Shown one piece after another: positions 32,381 to 34,910 of a stretch of DNA of 34,910 nucleotides; positions within the stretch are counted from its first letter, which is position 1, and each line of letters opens with the position of its first letter. The notes under the pieces were generated by a model that had not been told where the DNA came from, searched no databases, and saw only the letters and a program-made list of their open reading frames with translations. The translations under genes were made by a program, and so were the position numbers. The DNA is from a virus (taxonomy: Duplodnaviria; Caudoviricetes): IMG/VR virus record IMGVR_UViG_3300029821_000149, positions 1 to 34,910 of that record; one strand, 5' to 3'.

Positions 32381-33013
32381 ATGCCTATACGGCCTAAAAG
32401 AGCGGAGATACGTCGGAGGAGGAACCTCGCCGGCTTGTCTTTGCGTGAGTTTTCCAAGGTCGCAAAGATTGGCTTTGTCACAATATCGAACATCGAAACC
32501 GGCAAAGCCGGGGCCTCTCCTGAGATGCTGGATAAGATCGCCGCGGCGCTGAATTGTTCAGCGGCCGACATCTCTGAAGAGTTGCCGTTCGAGCTGCCGA
32601 GAGATCCTTCCCAAGAAAGGGGGGTGCCGGTAGTCGGGGTTGTAAACGCCGGCAATTTCAGTTTCTCCTACGACATGCCGCCCGAGACGCATCTGCCTCT
32701 CCGGCTGGATCTGCCAGGCAGCCGGCGCGCCGTGGCGCTGCGGGTGAGCGGGGATTGCATGGTGAACCCGAAGGACCCCAAGGGCAGCCTGTATGACGGG
32801 GACTACGTGATAATCGTGGAGCCGAATAATAAGGAATGTCCCAACGGCAAGATCGCCGTCGTCCGGCTGGGGGGCGATGAGTACACGCTCAAGCGCGTCT
32901 TTAAGACCAAGGACGGCTACGAGCTGAAGCCGGACAACGACAAGTATAAGTCCATTTTCATCAAGGGCGACATCGACGTGGTGGGGATAAAGATGGCGAA
33001 GTGGTCTCCATAG
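32381..33013 (+). CDS. CI/LexA-like repressor (XRE HTH plus S24 peptidase domain)
   Basis: N-terminal HTH (ISNIETGK), VPVVGVVNAG cleavage loop, VSGDCM, TLKR. Confidence 0.92.
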   Translation: MPIRPKRAEIRRRRNLAGLSLREFSKVAKIGFVTISNIETGKAGASPEMLDKIAAALNCSAADISEELPFELPRDPSQERGVPVVGVVNAGNFSFSYDMPPETHLPLRLDLPGSRRAVALRVSGDCMVNPKDPKGSLYDGDYVIIVEPNNKECPNGKIAVVRLGGDEYTLKRVFKTKDGYELKPDNDKYKSIFIKGDIDVVGIKMAKWSP

Positions 33014-33020
33014 AGGATTT

Positions 33021-33392
33021 ATGCTGGGTTATATATTTATCCTATTGCTCGCCCTGCCCTGCAGCGCCGGCGCCGGCATGCTGGACGTGGACTACTTCAA
33101 GCCCAGCCCCACGAAGGCGTTCATGTGGTCGGCGGCGGTTCCCGGCGGCGGAATGTTCTACCTGGACCACCAGCTGCCCAAGGCGAACCGGCAGTATTTC
33201 AGCAAGGGTATGCTCTTCCTGATCACCCAGGGCGCCGCGGCGTACTTCATAGTAGACCGGGCCGGCAAGGGCAAGGACGTCATGCCGCTGGTGGGCGGGC
33301 TCTTCCTATTTAAGATCCTGGAGTTCAGCACCGTGATAGACGAAGCCGAGACCATGCGGCACAACCGGATGGCGCTCAGCCTGAGCAGGTAA
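33021..33392 (+). CDS. Membrane protein with signal peptide (DUF5683/TM2-like motif)
   Basis: Hydrophobic N-terminus; KPSPTKAFMWSAAVPGGGMFY; two further hydrophobic segments. Confidence 0.7.
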   Translation: MLGYIFILLLALPCSAGAGMLDVDYFKPSPTKAFMWSAAVPGGGMFYLDHQLPKANRQYFSKGMLFLITQGAAAYFIVDRAGKGKDVMPLVGGLFLFKILEFSTVIDEAETMRHNRMALSLSR

Positions 33393-33396
33393 GATT

Positions 33397-33873
33397 ATGC
33401 TGATCAGCGCGGAGTTTCAAGACCGTAGATCCCGGGCCTTCCTGCAGTTCCTGGAAGAAGCCCGGCGGATCCCCGGCTACTACCAGAAGACCGACGCCGC
33501 CGGCCACGTCTCCCACGCCATCGAGTTCACGGAGCGCACCTACCTCAAGATCCTGGACGGGTTCGGGGACCGCCTCGAGCGTACCTGGGGCGGCGTGTTC
33601 AGCGTGAACGGCCGGCAGACCAGGCTGACGCATCTCTGGCAGCGCCACCTGCGCGCGGCCGATATCATGGACAACGCCTGCTGCGAGGCCTGCGGCACGG
33701 CCCTGGGCCGGCTGCCGCTCAAGGTGGAGTTCGTGGTCAAGAACGGGGTCGTGGACTACCGGGTCAACTGCCTGTGCGGCGCCGACATCACCGGCATCTA
33801 TACCACCGCGCACGCGATCTCGACCGCGAAGACCCCGGTCGAGCTCGTGAAGAAGAGCCGGGGGGAGGCATAG
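33397..33873 (+). CDS. Hypothetical protein with probable Zn-binding motif
   Basis: 158 aa; CEAC...CLC; lies between repressor and integrase. Confidence 0.65.
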   Translation: MLISAEFQDRRSRAFLQFLEEARRIPGYYQKTDAAGHVSHAIEFTERTYLKILDGFGDRLERTWGGVFSVNGRQTRLTHLWQRHLRAADIMDNACCEACGTALGRLPLKVEFVVKNGVVDYRVNCLCGADITGIYTTAHAISTAKTPVELVKKSRGEA

Positions 33874-33875
33874 TT

Positions 33876-34910
33876 ATGGCCAGGATCTTCGAACGCAACG
33901 GCTGGAAATACGCCGACTATTTCGACGCCAACGGCGTGCGGCAGAAGCCGTCCCTCAAAACCAAGAACCAGCGCCTGGCGCTGATGAAGCTGTCGCAGCT
34001 GGTGGGTGACGCGCATGCCGGCCGCGTGCCGGATCCTGCCAGGCATAAGCTCTGGCGGCTGTGCGTGGACCGCTACCTGGAATGGGTGCGGCGCGAGCAG
34101 GATCCCAAAACGTACCGGGCCGACGCGCTGGCCTTCAAGCGCTACGAGGAAATGTACCACCCGCAGACGATGTTCGAGGTGACGCCGGAAAGCGTGAGCG
34201 AATTTAAGTGGCAGATGGAAAAGGACCAGGTCGGCGTGTACGCCAGGGAGCGGGCCATCCGCGCGCTCAAGGCTTCGCTGCCGCGGCTCGAGGAGGCTGA
34301 GGGGCTGCCGGTGCAGAACTGGCACCGGGTCAAGAACGTGAAGCTGCCCAATAAGGGCCGCGTGATCTTCTTTACGCACGAGGAGATGCAGGAGATCCTG
34401 AAGGCCTGCCGCAAGCCGCACTGGAAGACCATTGTGCTCCTGGGCGCCCGCGCGGGCCTGCGCGCCGGCGAGATCTACAACCTGCTCTGGGAGAACGTGC
34501 TCTGGGATTTCGGCGACTTCGGCGCCGTGGACATCTGCCATAAGGCCGACTGGTCACCGAAGTGCGGCAAGGCCCGCATCGTGCCGATCACCAGCGAGCT
34601 GCGCGACCACCTGCTGCAGGAGCATAAGCGCGCGCGGTCGCGGTGGGTGGTGGCCGAGGGCGAGTGGCGGCCGTCCGGGATAGACTCCCTGGGGCACGTC
34701 TTCCACAAGATCCTGCGCGCCATCGGCCTCAAGGGCATGATGCACAAGCTGCGCCATACCTACGGCAGCGACCTGGCCCGGCTCGGCAAGAGCGAGAAGC
34801 AGATCATGGAGCTCATGGGCCACAGCACCAGCCGCGCCGTGCAGATCTACATGCACCTGCAGCCTAAGGACGTGGTCTCGGTGGTCAACGACCTGAAGCC
34901 GTATTCCTGA
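33876..34910 (+). CDS. int: Tyrosine integrase
   Basis: Start 33876 (GGAGG RBS); GLRAGE (R), PKCGK (K), HKLRH (HxxR), LMGH (H), QIYMH (Y). Confidence 0.95.
   Translation: MARIFERNGWKYADYFDANGVRQKPSLKTKNQRLALMKLSQLVGDAHAGRVPDPARHKLWRLCVDRYLEWVRREQDPKTYRADALAFKRYEEMYHPQTMFEVTPESVSEFKWQMEKDQVGVYARERAIRALKASLPRLEEAEGLPVQNWHRVKNVKLPNKGRVIFFTHEEMQEILKACRKPHWKTIVLLGARAGLRAGEIYNLLWENVLWDFGDFGAVDICHKADWSPKCGKARIVPITSELRDHLLQEHKRARSRWVVAEGEWRPSGIDSLGHVFHKILRAIGLKGMMHKLRHTYGSDLARLGKSEKQIMELMGHSTSRAVQIYMHLQPKDVVSVVNDLKPYS

Larger units (their letters stand above)
1..34910. mobile_element. Temperate siphovirus-like phage/prophage, near-complete gene set
   Basis: Canonical lysis-tail-head-packaging-replication-immunity-integrase order with pervasive ATGA/TAATG gene overlaps; no sheath gene recognised; att sites not visible. 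Confidence 0.95.

Noticed and set aside
1-34910. attL/attR direct repeats, tRNA genes, CRISPR arrays
   Set aside because: None seen; the window is clipped at the terminal stop codons, so att sites would lie outside it.

Overview
The window is an essentially complete, GC-rich temperate siphovirus-type phage or prophage. It starts at a gene stop codon and ends at the integrase stop, so no att sites or host DNA are visible. The minus strand carries two long operons. The early operon (about 32.3 to 18.9 kb) encodes Cro-like and Xis-like proteins, a Gp3/RDF-like protein, a RecB-family nuclease, an SMC-like ATPase, a RuvC-like resolvase, ParB, a Dam-like MTase, a replication initiator and many small genes. 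The late operon (18.8 kb to 1) encodes TerS, PBSX-type TerL, a portal-gpF fusion, prohead protease, major capsid, a GT4 glycosyltransferase, neck, tail tube, tape measure, tail-tip proteins, a fibre and the lysis genes. The plus strand carries the lysogeny cassette: a CI-like repressor, two accessory genes and a tyrosine integrase. Main observations: (1) shared and complementary sequence words link three structured regions (early leader/attenuator, an element at about 31.1-31.3 kb, and the late promoter-proximal terminator), suggesting RNA-based switch or antitermination control; (2) the tail fibre has a Sec-type signal peptide and paired cysteines, and is followed by a signal-peptide-only mini-ORF; (3) a glycosyltransferase is coupled inside the head-neck module; (4) the repressor has Cys in place of the catalytic Ser. 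All family calls come from motif recognition by eye; no searches or folding programs were run.
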